Made by a program: the position numbers and the translations under genes. 64,000 nt of DNA, from contig NC_045705.1 of assembly GCF_009834535.1 (NCBI RefSeq), positions 59,706,001 through 59,770,000 of the forward strand. The letters run 5' to 3'. Source of the stretch: Camelus ferus. Its lineage: Eukaryota. The notes under the pieces were generated by a model. That model ran no database searches, had not been told where the DNA came from, and worked only from the letters and a program-made list of their open reading frames with translations. This document shows, one piece after another, positions 49,367 through 61,224 of the stretch (the first letter of the stretch is position 1; each line of letters opens with the position of its first letter).

Positions 49367-49745
49367 TCAGGGAAGTTCAGCACCAGGCAATAGCTGGAGT
49401 CCACTGGGGGCTTCTGCAGGAGATGGACCCGTCCTCCACCCAAAGGACAGCCCAGACATGCCCATTCCCTTCCACAACCAAAAGTCTCCTCCTCAGGGAA
49501 ATCTACCCAGAACCCAGGGAACCTAAAAGAAGAAGGGGCCTCAACAGTAAACTCATTACCTGGCCAATAACCAGCCTGTGTTATCAGTCTCAAAAGCCTT
49601 ACCCTTTGGCTTAGAGTAGGCCTTGGGCTTCCCTGAGGACCAACAGTTATTTACAAGGCTGTTAATGAAGGGAGAGCCTTCAGCTACCCCAACCCCTGGA
49701 AGGAGACTCCTGGGTCGCCCCTGGGCTGGCCCTCTGCCCGGGTAC

Positions 49746-49830
49746 CCGAGATCTTGATCTTCTTCACTGTCTTGTTGGTGTTGTTAGTGACATGGACGTT
49801 GACGCTGATGGGTTCTCCGTGGTAGTAGAT
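49746..49830 (-). CDS. ARRB1: ARRB1 exon 9 (85 nt; [28 protein letters not shown])
   Basis: ctcccag|ATCTACTAC...ATCTCGG|gtaccc. Confidence 0.97.
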
Positions 49831-50604
49831 CTGGGAGGCATAAGAAGGGAGAGGGGTGGATGGGAGGATTCCAAAGCTCTAGATGAGAAGGAGGGAGAAG
49901 AGGTCCCACACACATCTCTGGGATTCCCTAGGCCTTGGCCACTCTGACACTGACCCCAAGTTCATCAGCCACTTCCTACTGATGCTACGCCACCAGGCAT
50001 ATTAGACTTAGTTCCTTTGACGGATCTTGAAAGATAACTGAGTTAGAAGGTGGTATTTCTGAGTTCCAGTCCTGGGTGGGTCACCAGAAGTAATGGTAAC
50101 AGTAATGATAACGATAATGAGAATGTGAGCGGTGTGACCTTGGACAGGTTATCTAAGCCTCAGTTTCCCCGTTCATACAATGGAAGGGTTGGAGTAGGTA
50201 ATATATCAAGTCCCTGACGGCTCTGACGGCCTGGAATTTAGACTAAGGTGGGTCTGAAAGAAGCAGGAGGAAGGTGAGGAGGGGCTGACCCCCTCACTGA
50301 GGGAACCAGTTCTGAATCTTCATTGAAGACCCTCAACTTGCATCTTTCCCCTAGCACTTGCCTTCAGCTGCCCCTGCCCCAAGAGAGGGAGAGAGGGTGC
50401 CCACACTTCAAGGGGGGACAGTGATGCAGGGATTCGGCCAGGACCCTTTGGGAGGTACAATGACCTCTGAAGTCAATTGCAACATTCAGGCTCATGCCCC
50501 CCTCTGCCACCCCTTTAGTCCCCAGGAGGCTTCTCCAAATCCCCCAAGGGAGGTCTCAGCTCCCCGGAGCCCTGTGGTCCTTGGACTGGGAGCAGAAGCT
50601 CCTA

Positions 50605-50865
<261 letters not shown>

Positions 50866-51349
50866 TCAGAGTCACCTGCCTCCATCCCCTTCCCTTGTGA
50901 CCCTCACATCCTTCTTTTACTCAAGAGACTGCTATGGCTACCATGGCTTTAGAATCCAGTCCAAACTGCAGACATTGGCATAGGTCTTGTCACCATCTGG
51001 TCCCATTCCAGCCTCCCCCATTCTGTCCCCAGCCTCCCCCACTTTCTCACTGTCATCCTTAATGGTCTATCTAGTTCTCTTCCTGGAGCTCAGCCTACAC
51101 TGGGTCTCAGCCTATAACACGCTCTTTAGGCTTCTGCCTTCATTTGCTTCCTTCCTCAAGGCCCAGTGAAACAACTGTTCTTACAGGAAACCTTCCTGGA
51201 TCCGCCCACTCTGATCTTCTCCTGGTCTAAACTCCCACAACATCAGAGGCCAAACCATCCCATGGTCACAATTTAGGTGGATTTGCGTCTTGGTAACCAG
51301 CAGGATGCTAAAAAAGGGACCGTGTTTCACTTCCTGCATCCCTTAGGTC

Positions 51350-51480
51350 ACCAAATAGTGTGAGCTCCTTAAGGACAGAAGCTTTTGTCCAAATTGTTCA
51401 CTGTTGTATTCTCAGCACCTATGACAGTGCCTTCTGTCATATAATAGATACCTGCTAAATATCTATTAAATAAGAATGTG
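51350..51480 (+). mobile_element. L2 3' end
   Basis: tgtgagctccttaaggacagaagc..ttgttcactgttgtattctcagcacctatgacagtgcc..ataatagatacctgctaaatatctattaaataa. Confidence 0.75.
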
Positions 51481-51764
51481 CACAGGGGACAAGGGACCCA
51501 TGAAGAAACAGGGGCTTGGAAAGGTGACAGAGTTCAGTGAGGGGGTACTGATTCCGTCAGGGGCATGCAGGCCAGTAAAGAGGACAAAGACTCGGTGAGA
51601 GGGTGGAAGCTCAGAGATGAGATGGGGCTCAAGGAAGGTGATGGGCTCATGGAGGAAAACAGGGACATGAAGATTTGATGAGGGGATGGGGACTCAGTCA
51701 AGCAGTCTCTGGGGTGTGCTAGGTATTCCAGCATCCTCATGTCCCAGATAAGCCACCTCCACTC

Positions 51765-51995
51765 CCTGGAACTGGATAGTCAGGGTTAAAGTCCTGGCTC
51801 TCCCCTTACTAATTGTATGACCTTGAGTAAATTAACCTCTGTGCCTCTGTTTCTTCATCTGTGCAATGGTGACAAAAGCCAAACCCACTTCTTAGGGTTG
51901 CTGTGAGGATTAAATTAGTTCAGACATGTCTACCACTTTGAACTGTGTCTGGTGCCTAATAAGCTCTTGATAAGTGATAATTGCTGTATCATTGT
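51765..51995 (+). mobile_element. MIR SINE
   Basis: gttaaagtcctggctctccccttactaattgtatgaccttgagtaaattaacctctgtgcctctgtttcttcatctgtgcaatgg..ttgctgtgaggattaaatt. Confidence 0.8.
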
Positions 51996-52223
51996 TAGTG
52001 ACTCTGGCGTGGACTTAAAATATCCCATTGGTGGTCAGTTGAGAGTGCTGGCTCTCAACGTTGCTTCCTCTTCCTTGCTCTAGTTTGGATCCCTGCCACA
52101 ACCTACAACCCCCTTCCTTTCTCCTTGTTGCAAGTCTTAAGAAGAAAAGGGGGACAAAGAAGCAAGGGAGAAGGGTCCAATCTCCCTACACACGTAAACT
52201 GCCCCCTCTGGAGTTAGAGATGC

Positions 52224-52256
52224 CTGCAATGCATCCTGTGACCACCAGGTGGCAAA
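52224..52256 (+). promoter_or_regulatory. CTCF site (core plus upstream motif) in ARRB1 intron 7
   Basis: CTGCAATGC-atcct-gtgaCCACCAGGTGGCAAAC: core CCASYAGRKGGCR is fully matched and is preceded by a TGCAGT/TGCAAT-type upstream module at about the usual 5-6 bp spacing. Confidence 0.65.
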
Positions 52257-53085
52257 CTCAGCCCACTCCCTAAGAGGTTGCAGCGCCCTCAGGAAGCAGC
52301 TCAGGAGGCAGGGTACATCAGAATTGGGGGCTGAGGCCAGCCTCGCCAGGAGGCAGGGCAGAGCCTGACCCCAGGAAGGGCAGGTATGAGAGCGGGGCTG
52401 GGCAGCTCACCCTAGAAGTCAGGGCCAGTTATTTCTGGCTGTTAGCCTGGGGTCTCTGTCTGCCCAGGGCTGTGTCTCTCCAGGAGAATGCTTTCCCTCT
52501 CTGAGACATGGCTGACCTCCTGCCCTGGGTAGTTCACTTTCTCCACTTCCCTCCCTTGCTTAGAAGCCTCCACTGACCACCACCACCCCACCACCCCACC
52601 ACCCCTGCCTCCCCAACCTCCTGCTGCTGGCCTCCCGGGAGAACTGGTTGGGCAATGGGGGTCCAGGCTGGCCGGGAAACATCTTGTTCACTGTTTAAAA
52701 TAATATGAATTTCGTGGGTTTGTTTTTTTTTTTTTTCCAAAACAAAATAAAAGGACACTCTGTCTGGAGAGGAAGAGATTAGAGGCAGGGAGATAAAGGA
52801 AGCAGGTATAGTGGTGCAAAGGAAAAAATGCTGAGGCCCGAGTCAGAACCATTGAGCCACCTCTCCCAGGAAACCCTCATGACCTGCCAGGCTTCCAGAG
52901 TGCCCTTCACAGAGCTCCCAAGGCTGGAATGCGGGGCCCCTCCCCGCACACTTCCAGGCATTGTTACTTCTGTCTTCTCCGGACTCAGCCCGTCCTGTCT
53001 CCCTCCCTCTGCCAGCAGGCAGCCAATTCCCAGGGGGGGAGGGGGGAGGGCGGTGGGGGGGGGGGCAGAGGGCTGCGCCTTCTCA

Positions 53086-53184
<99 letters not shown>

Positions 53185-53818
53185 TCAGAGGCCAGGCTCC
53201 CGCGAGCACCGCCAGCCCACCCTCTTATTTAACAGGGCCTCTGGATGGGAACACCAAGTACCCTCCCCAGCCTGACCCAGCTCACTCTCTGACTCGGGCC
53301 CCTGCACTCTGCCTGGTGTGGGGTTGCCTCCCCTACTTGACCTTCCCACAGAGCTGCTCCCTGACCGGGCTCCTCTCCAGACCCCTGCCTGTCTGGGTGG
53401 CTGTCCTCATCAAGGCAGCCGCCCAGAAATAACAATAGGCACCTCAACAACCCTGTTCTGGGAGCGCAGACTACACTGGCTGCACCCTTCAGCATCTCAC
53501 TCCCTGCTCCTGACCCCATGACCAGGCACATCCTATCACCTTCATTTCACAGATGAAGAAATGGGCTCAGAGATCTGAGGCTTGGAACACTCATGGTGTC
53601 ACGTCTGAGCCTCAGTTTCCCCACCTGTGAAACAGTGATAACTGCACCTCCAGACAAGGCTGCGAGACCAGGCGGTAGTCCAGAGAACATTCTGCAGCCA
53701 ACACCGAAGCCAGTGAGAATGACTCAGGAGAGCCCCTGGGCACATAACTGAGAGCGTGAGAATGACACCATACCTGCCACCCCTTCTGAAAAGAGACTGC
53801 ATATCTGAGCCAGGATCA

Positions 53819-54004
<186 letters not shown>

Positions 54005-54304
54005 TTAAGAGGATAGACAGACCTGTCACATTCACCACTGACCTCCCGTGTCTCCCATCCCTGCCACCCCTACACACATTCATTAGACCAGGGACCCCTA
54101 AGGACAAGCCATGTCCCTTCCATTAGACTCGGGGATTCAGAGGACAGACCATGGCTCCCCATCAGACCATGCCAAGCCATGTACGTTAGACCAGAGGCCC
54201 CTTCACTAAAGCCAAGGATTTCAGTGTTTTTAGTTATCTAAGGGTTTAGCCCAGTACAGTCCCTACAGAACAAGAGTTGGAAAAGGTCTTTCCATGATGT
54301 CCAC

Positions 54305-54815
54305 TGTGGTAGGCAGAATAACGGCCCCCCAAAGAGGTCCACATCCTAATCTCCAAAACCTGCGACCATTACCATAAATGGCAAAAGGGACTTTATAGGT
54401 GTGATTGAGTTAAGGATCCCAAGATAGGGAGATGCGACTGGATTATCCAGGTAGACCTGATGTAATCACAGGGTCCTTAACAGTGAAAGCAAGAAGCATA
54501 ATAGTCAGCATCAGAGTGATGGGATTCGAGAAAGACTGGACCTGCCATTGCTGGTTTGAAGATGGAGGAGGGACAGGCTAGGGCCCAAACATGTGAGTAC
54601 CTTTCCTCTAGAAGAAGGAAGAGGCAAGGAAACAGATTCCCTCCTAGAGCCTCCAGAAAGAATGCAGCCCTGCTGACACTCGATTTTAGCCCAGTGGGAC
54701 CTGCTTTTGACTTCTGGACTCCAGAACTGTAAGGTAACACGTCTGTGTTTTAATTGGCAGGTCTAATTACTGCCAGGTTTGTGGTGGTTTGTAACAGCAA
54801 CCACAGGAAATCTAC
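54305..54815 (+). mobile_element. MLT1D-type solo LTR in ARRB1 intron 5
   Basis: tgtggtaggcagaataacggccccccaaaga..cctaatctcc..ggcaaaagggact..aggcaaggaaacagattccctcctagagcctccagaaagaatgcagccctgctgacac..gtttgtaacagcaaccacaggaaa. Confidence 0.85.
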
Positions 54816-55343
54816 AAAGGAGAGGATGGCTCCTCCTCTAACCCTCACAGAGAGCCAGGGGATTTCACTGAATCACAGAATCAGAGTCTGAGAAACAGGA
54901 AATTTGAAAATCCAGAATCTTGGAGTCTTGGAGGGGAAAGGTGGCAGAGAAGGGAAATCCACAACTTGCCATCCTCGTTTGTGAGCTGGGTTGAAGCCGG
55001 GCTAGTGGGCAAATGGTCTGAGGGAGGAGACAGCCTTGTAAAGTGATCCAGGGGCCAGAAAGGGCTCCTTCTGTCTCTGCAGCCCCCACCCCGACCTCCC
55101 TTTCTCCCACCAATGACATGGACTCAGGAGGGTCTGAGGAGTAGCCCAGAAGTAAGGGTGACGCCGCTGGCAGTGGCCAGAGACAGTTAGCAGGCGATGT
55201 AAGTGCCAGTGCCCTGGTCCCAGCGTACACGGGCAAACTGGTTGGCATGGAGCTGCTGTCCCAGCTGCCCCCATGTGCCCCGCAGAGGGCTTCCCAGAGA
55301 TGGTGCTTCTGGAGTGGGGCCCCAGGGGCTGGCAGTCCCTGAC

Positions 55344-55540
55344 CTCAAAGGTGNNNNNNNNNNNNNNNNNNNNNNNNNNNNNNNNNNNNNNNNNNNNNNN
55401 NNNNNNNNNNNNNNNNNNNNNNNNNNNNNNNNNNNNNNNNNNNNNNNNNNNNNNNNNNNNNNNNNNNNNNNNNNNNNNNNNNNNNNNNNNNNNNNNNNNN
55501 NNNNNNNNNNNNNNNNNNNNNNNNNNNNNNNNNNNNNNNN
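55344..55540 (-). CDS. ARRB1: ARRB1 exon 5 (197 nt; expected VYVTLTCAFRYG...HAYPFTFE), almost entirely hidden by Ns
   Basis: The visible 3' end CACCTTTGAG|gtcagg encodes ..TFE. The acceptor ..gctcccaca(N) lies at 55541-55542. The acceptor-donor distance of 197 nt is exactly what is needed to join exon 4 (phase 1) to exon 6 (phase 0). The interior cannot be read. Confidence 0.88.
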
Positions 55541-55541
55541 N
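55354..55541. other. Assembly gap / masked run of 188 N over ARRB1 exon 5
   Basis: Direct reading. Confidence 0.99.
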
Positions 55542-56297
55542 TGTGGGAGCAGGGGGCACTGAGGAGGGGCCTGGGAGGGCAGCAAGCATGCCTCCCAGAG
55601 TGCTAGCCGCAGCCCTGGGGCTGGCTCCAGTGGAGGCACTGGTCTGTCCCAGAGCTCCTGCGGGGAGGGCTGCGCTGCCCTTGGGAGGCAGGTGTTGAGT
55701 GCTTGGCCCCTGGGAGTAGGTGGTGCTGACTGCTGGATCAGTTCTGTCCTTCTCCACCCCTACTGCGGCCCAGGGAACGTATGGACAGGGTTGACAGGGT
55801 TGACAGCATTGGTAGGGGCTGGGAAGGAGCACAGTAGGAAAGAGTAGAGGGGTGGAACCAAGTGCTGGGCGGTGTCCGGAAGGCATGGAGTCTTGTCCCA
55901 GCTCAACCCCCACCTGCTATCTTCCTGCTGACCTTGGACAATCCCTTAACCTCCCCAGGAATCAATCTTCTCTTCTGTACAATGAGACCCTAACTACTGT
56001 CCTGTTCGCATCCCCAGCCTTGCAACAGTGATGATAGATTTATGTAAAAGTGCTCAGAGCATGAAAATGTTCTCCCCAAGTTGGTGTGGGCAGGGCCGCC
56101 TCAGGCTGGAGGAGGCTATGGCACCTGATCTGACATTGGCTGGAGCTGTCAAGGGAAGAACCAATGAGGAGGGACAGGGACAGGCTTGTTCCCTTTATCG
56201 CCAGTGTTCTGCCTGGGAGTCAGGGAGGCCCGGGGCTGGAGGTTATAGGTGAGGAGGAGGCCCCTTGACAGGCTGGGGGAGGGGGCCACAGCCTCAC

Positions 56298-56342
56298 CTC
56301 TCCTCTCCTTGAGATACTCAGGATCCACCAGGACCACACCAT
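56298..56342 (-). CDS. ARRB1: ARRB1 exon 4 (45 nt; DGVVLVDPEYLKERR)
   Basis: cctccag|ATGGTGTG...GAGGAGAG|gtgagg. Confidence 0.97.
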
Positions 56343-58537
56343 CTGGAGGAAGAACAGAGAGTGAGCAGACCACCCCGACTTGACCTCTAAAACTTCTGAG
56401 CCCCAAACACCAAGTTAAATTCAAACCCAACCATCTGTCTGTCCAAAAGCATCATGAGAGAAAACGAGAGGCCAGCACCCAGGGGATGGTACTGCCATGC
56501 CCTCCTCCACCCACGCACCCAGACTGGCCTTACAGACCAAGATTTTGACTTTGGGGAAATTATTTAACTTTTGTTTCTTCATCTGTTAATAAGAATAGTA
56601 AGATGGGTCCAAAACCCCAATATCAGGTATACTTTGGAATTCAGAAGTGTTGCCTTGCAGAAAGGTCAAATGGTCCATCTTCCATATACTCTCTAACGCC
56701 CTCAGCAGGCTCTGGGGCCACACCTCTTGGCAAACCCATTAATACCTCTTCAGGGTCATGTGAATATTTTCACCAAGAAGCTAAGGCATAACTAGCCTCC
56801 CATCAGCTCAGGTCAGGTTTGCCACTAATTGAATTCTGTGTCAAACTTATGAACAATTTGAAGCCTTCAGAACTTTTGGATTTAGGGATCAGGGCTTCTG
56901 ATCCTGTAGTACCTACCTCACAGGGCCCCTGTGAGGACTAAATGAATTAATATATATACAGTGTTAGATGGTGCCTGGCACATGTGACACCATGGAGAAT
57001 GTCCCAAAGCCTGGCCTTGGGAGTGCAGAGTCCAGCTGGAGACAAGATATTCTCTCTGCCCAGGACCCCAGGAGGCCAGGAACACTGGCTCAGGGGTCAC
57101 CCCTTGCCTGACATCACCAATCTAACCCACCGCTGCCCCACCCCACACTGCCCCCTACAACCAACTGCTCAGGGAACCTCAGAGGCCACATTAAGAAGTG
57201 TACCTGCCCAGTCCCATCCCAGTGCTGGGCAGGTCCGAGGGCCAGCTGGTCAGGGTAATGCCCACCCTGTGCGCAGAGCGTGCCAGGCATCTTCCCTCCT
57301 TTTACTGTGGGGTTTCCTCTGTGCCTGGGCACCAGGGGCTGAGTGGAAACTCAGTGGAGGGGGCATCTCAGAAAGGGCACTCCCTGAACCAGGGGTGTCA
57401 GGGAAGGCTCCCAGGGGGAGGGAAACTGGGGTCAGGTCTTAAGAGCAAGTAAGGGCTGTTATTTAGATGACTAAGGGACGGGCCAGATGGAAGAGCATGG
57501 CTCTAAGGCTTGGGAGATCAGATCCTGAAGGCCAGTGGAGCAAGGAGGGCTGACCCTGACCTTAAATGTCCTGTCTGCAAGGCCAGGGGGCTCAGACTTG
57601 CCCCTGAGTTTGAAGCGGAACCAGGGGGAAAGTTAAGCTTCAGGAAGACATAATCACCTCAACATTGTGAAGGAAAAAGGTTTTCTCACTGTGTGTCATT
57701 TGAACAACTCTTGACAATGCCCCAGCACTCTCTGGGGTCTGCAGGGCCCAGCACAGGGCCTGGCCTGAAGTAGGTGGTCTGTGAACACTTGTCAAGCAGT
57801 TCTCAGATGCCGGTGTATGTTGGGGTAGCCAGATTCCCCGGCTTCTGCCCCTACCCCCAGGCCCCATGCCCCCGCTGCTGTGCTTAAAGGCCAATAGGTG
57901 TGGACATCCCTGGCCTCCGACAGCCTGTAGGAAACTTTGCCTTGAAGCAGGTCACAGGCGAACACAGGGATGCTTGCTCACTGCCTCCAAGTTCAGGGAG
58001 GAGATGGAAACAGCAGAGGGGGCAGTGAGCTTCAAAGGACACCAGATAGGGCAAGGAAGGAAAAGTGGGGTCCTGTTACTCCAGGTCAGGAAGGGAGGGG
58101 ACTGGAATAGAACTGGACTCTGCAGCCCACAGCCTGCTCGGGGACCCCGGGGAACCTCCAGGTCTCCTGCCCCAACATTGCAAAGGCCTTCCTCCCAGAG
58201 AGCTGAAACCTGCCACTCCGCTTTCTCTGCCCAGCCTGGGCTCTGGAACCACACATCACTCCTGCCCACTTGGCCCCAGCACAGCCCTGAGACCACATTC
58301 TCTCTGTGAACTTTTCCCCGAGCAACACATCCCAATTTCTTCACCTCGACGTAGCAGCTTCCAGGACCCATCCTCCCAACCTGCCACCTTCTTTGGCCTC
58401 ATTCGAGTTTGTTCGTGTCCTTCTTTAGTCATTTAACCTCTCTGGGCTTCACTGTCCACATTTGTAAAATAGGGGTAATCCTGGGCCTCAGACAGCTGTG
58501 GGACGAGGCAATGAGATCAAGGCTCTTCTAACGAGAG

Positions 58538-58761
58538 CTATGGTTCTTAGAATCCTAACCGAGGGCGATTTTGCCCCCAAAGGGACATTTAGCAATGTTG
58601 AAAACCACTTTCGATTGTCACACTGGGATAGGGGGACTCCCAGTGTCTAACGGGTAGAGGCTAGGGATGCTGCTGAGTATCCTTCAACGCACAGGATGGT
58701 CTCTGCCAGCAAGGAATTATCCAATCCAAAATGTTAAGAGTGCCGAGGCTGAGAAACCCTG
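58538..58761 (+). mobile_element. MER20 (hAT-Charlie) MITE in ARRB1 intron 3
   Basis: gggcgattttgcccccaaagggacatttagcaatgt..tttcgattgtcaca..gggtagaggctagggatgctgct..agtgccgaggctgagaaaccctg. Confidence 0.85.
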
Positions 58762-58899
58762 AACTAGGAAAAGTCCTTGTGGCCTTTAGCCACAGCCCAG
58801 CCTCTGGTAAGACCCCCATGAGAGTGAGGACAGCCTCCATTTCACAAGCCCCTAGGTTTTCCTTCCACCTCCCATCCTTCTCAATCAGGAGGCAGCAGA

Positions 58900-59180
58900 A
58901 CAAAGGTTTGGTGGAGCCAGACTGCTTGGGTTTGAATCCAGGCTCCTTGATCTACTAGCTATGTGATCTGGGGAAGTCACTTAACCTCTCTGTGCCTTGT
59001 TCTCCTCTGTAAAGCAGTGATATAACAACAGTAGCTACCCCAGTGTTGGGAGCATATTAAGCCTTATGATAAGTGGTGGCTACTGTCAGCATCATCCTCA
59101 TCCTCCTTACCAGGACATCTTCCCTGCTTCTTACCATAATTGCCTCTCGCATGCTCCTTAACTGAACAGGAAAGCAGCTG
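58900..59180 (+). mobile_element. MIR SINE
   Basis: ggagccagactgcttgggtttgaatccaggctcc..tactagctatgtgatctggggaagtcacttaacctctctgtgcct. Confidence 0.85.
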
Positions 59181-59353
59181 CTTGTAAGTGTTTGCTGACT
59201 GAAGCAAAAAGCCACGCACACCCTATTCTTGGACCAGGTCCCTCTGGAGACCTGAAGGCTATTTCTGGGCAGCCTCAACATGCCCTTCTCTGGAAGGGGC
59301 CAGGCCAGCTCTGCCTCCCCCATTGCCTCCCTCCCTGGCCTCCAGGGACTCAC

Positions 59354-59414
59354 CCACGGGGTCCACGAGGTCGATGTGGTCCACAAAGTCCCGCTTTCCC
59401 AGATAGACAGTGAG
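59354..59414 (-). CDS. ARRB1: ARRB1 exon 3 (61 nt; LTVYLGKRDFVDHIDLVDPV)
   Basis: ccccag|CTCACTGTC...CCCGTGG|gtgagt; translation matches the arrestin N-domain. Confidence 0.97.
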
Positions 59415-61193
59415 CTGGGGAGGAGAGGCACAGGGCACATTAGCAGCTGTGGGCCCCGCCCTGGAAGAAACCCTGGGAGCTGCCGCAGAAATCCCTGGAC
59501 CCATCCCTAACCCTCATTGAAATCTCAACTGGACTTGGACCCAAGCCCCAGGCCTGATACTAAGAATAACAAACCCTTGTACAATTTTAAAAGCACCCGT
59601 TCATCCCAAAACCCATGAAGAGGTTGTTACAGTTCCCATTTTGCAGATGAGGACACTGAGGCCTGGATGGGTCTTCATGCCAACAAGCACCACTGAGGGT
59701 CGAGGGGCAGCAGCAAAGAAGTCTGCTGAGTGGGGGTGCAGGCACATCTCTGAGAGGACAAGGGGATCCAGAGCAGGGCCAGAGGCACCGAGAACTCTGG
59801 ATGCTGAGCTCTGTGCCCTTTCTGCTTCCTGCCCCTGTGCAGTCTGCAGGGATCCACTCGAAGGAGGACTTGTTTTCTGAGGCACTAAGCCAGTGCCTCG
59901 CTCAGTAGCCAGCCTTCGGGGAGGAACCCCAGAGCTAGAATCCAAAGTGTCATTCTAGGTGCTTCCTACTCCTCCACAGTCCCTAAATCCTGACGAGTCT
60001 CCTGCCATCAGATTTCTCAATCCACCCCCTCTCTCCATCCCCACAGCCACCCTTGCCTGGACTGCATACCAGCCCCTCAATGGTCTGCTGCCTAGAGCCT
60101 CCTGCACTTCAACCATTCTCCCCTCCTTAGCCAGACTAATCATCCTAAAATGCAAATTTAACCATAGTAGTCTGGTCTGAAAACCCTCTAATGGTTCCTC
60201 AGTGCCTGGAGGTGAGATGCCAAAGGAGTTTCATTTCAGATGCCAACTCTGATCGATTGGTAGGGGCTGCCTGTAGCCCTGGGCTGAAAAGGAATCCAAG
60301 ATGGAATACTGGCTCAGAAGGAAAGGGTAAAGGGTGACTGGTGATGTCTGCTGTGGGCACAGAAGGGAGACATGGGCGCACACGTGGTGCTATCTGCCAG
60401 TCCAAACCAGGAGTCCAGACTCCTAAGCCTGGCCATAAGACTCAAGTCCCAGCCCTGCAACCTCCCCACCTCAGCTCCTGTTCCCTCTGCCTCCCTCTTG
60501 GCATCCAGACTCCCTGCGATTTCTGTTCATGCCTCCAATATCCTTTTCCACACTGCCTTTCCTGGAAATGCATCCTTCCTCCAGGAAGCCATCCCTGAGC
60601 ACCCAGGCTGGGTCTGCAGCCCCGGGGCATCCCTCTATCTCATACTTGCCACTTTATATGGCTGTAAGGGGCACGGGCTGTGCCTTATTATCTCAGTACA
60701 CCCTCCCCCGATCCCCACCAGCTCAGCCTGGACCTGACATGGAATGATGACAGTAATATCTGTTTGCTAAACTGAGAAGAAAGCAGGATGGAGCCTGGGG
60801 CTGTGTAAGAAAGTGGGGCAGGCACTGCGAGCTGCCCCGGATAACAGGGCTGAGTAGAGAGGCTCCAGGGGCCACTCGCACCAGAGGCCTTGGCTCCCGT
60901 GAGGCCCTTGGCACGTGCTCTCATTACTGCACTCACAGTGCAGCCTCTCTGTGATAGGTCATGTCTCCCCACAGCAGGGCAGGGGCTCCCTAAAGTCCAG
61001 GGGTGCTGCACACCCCCTTGGACAGAAGGTTTGCTGAGAGGGCTCCTCCTGCTGTGACCAAGGGCTCCTAAGGACAGAGCTGTGTCTGCCCCTCAGACAG
61101 GGTGTTCGGGTCCTGCATGAGCAGAAGAGATGCTGGAGAGAAGACGAGAGTTTGGGGACAGGGAGGAGCCAGGGTGTGGCTGCTACAACTCAC

Positions 61194-61224
61194 CTTTCCA
61201 TTGGGGCTCGCCTTCTTGAACACC
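61194..61224 (-). CDS. ARRB1: ARRB1 exon 2 (31 nt; (R)VFKKASPNGK)
   Basis: ctctccctag|GGTGTTCAAGAAGGCGAGCCCCAATGGAAAG|gtgag. Confidence 0.96.

Noticed and set aside
49377-49397. RE1 left half-site TTCAGCACC in ARRB1 intron 9
   Set aside because: It lacks a GGACAG right half at canonical spacing; a 9-mer alone is expected by chance.
52195-52213. Second CTCF-like AGGGGGCAG on the minus strand next to the main site
   Set aside because: The 5' half (TCCAG) fits the CCASY positions poorly.
55002-55913. 303-aa and other ORFs across the second N-gap
   Set aside because: The length comes from Ns read as X; the only real coding sequence there is ARRB1 exon 5.
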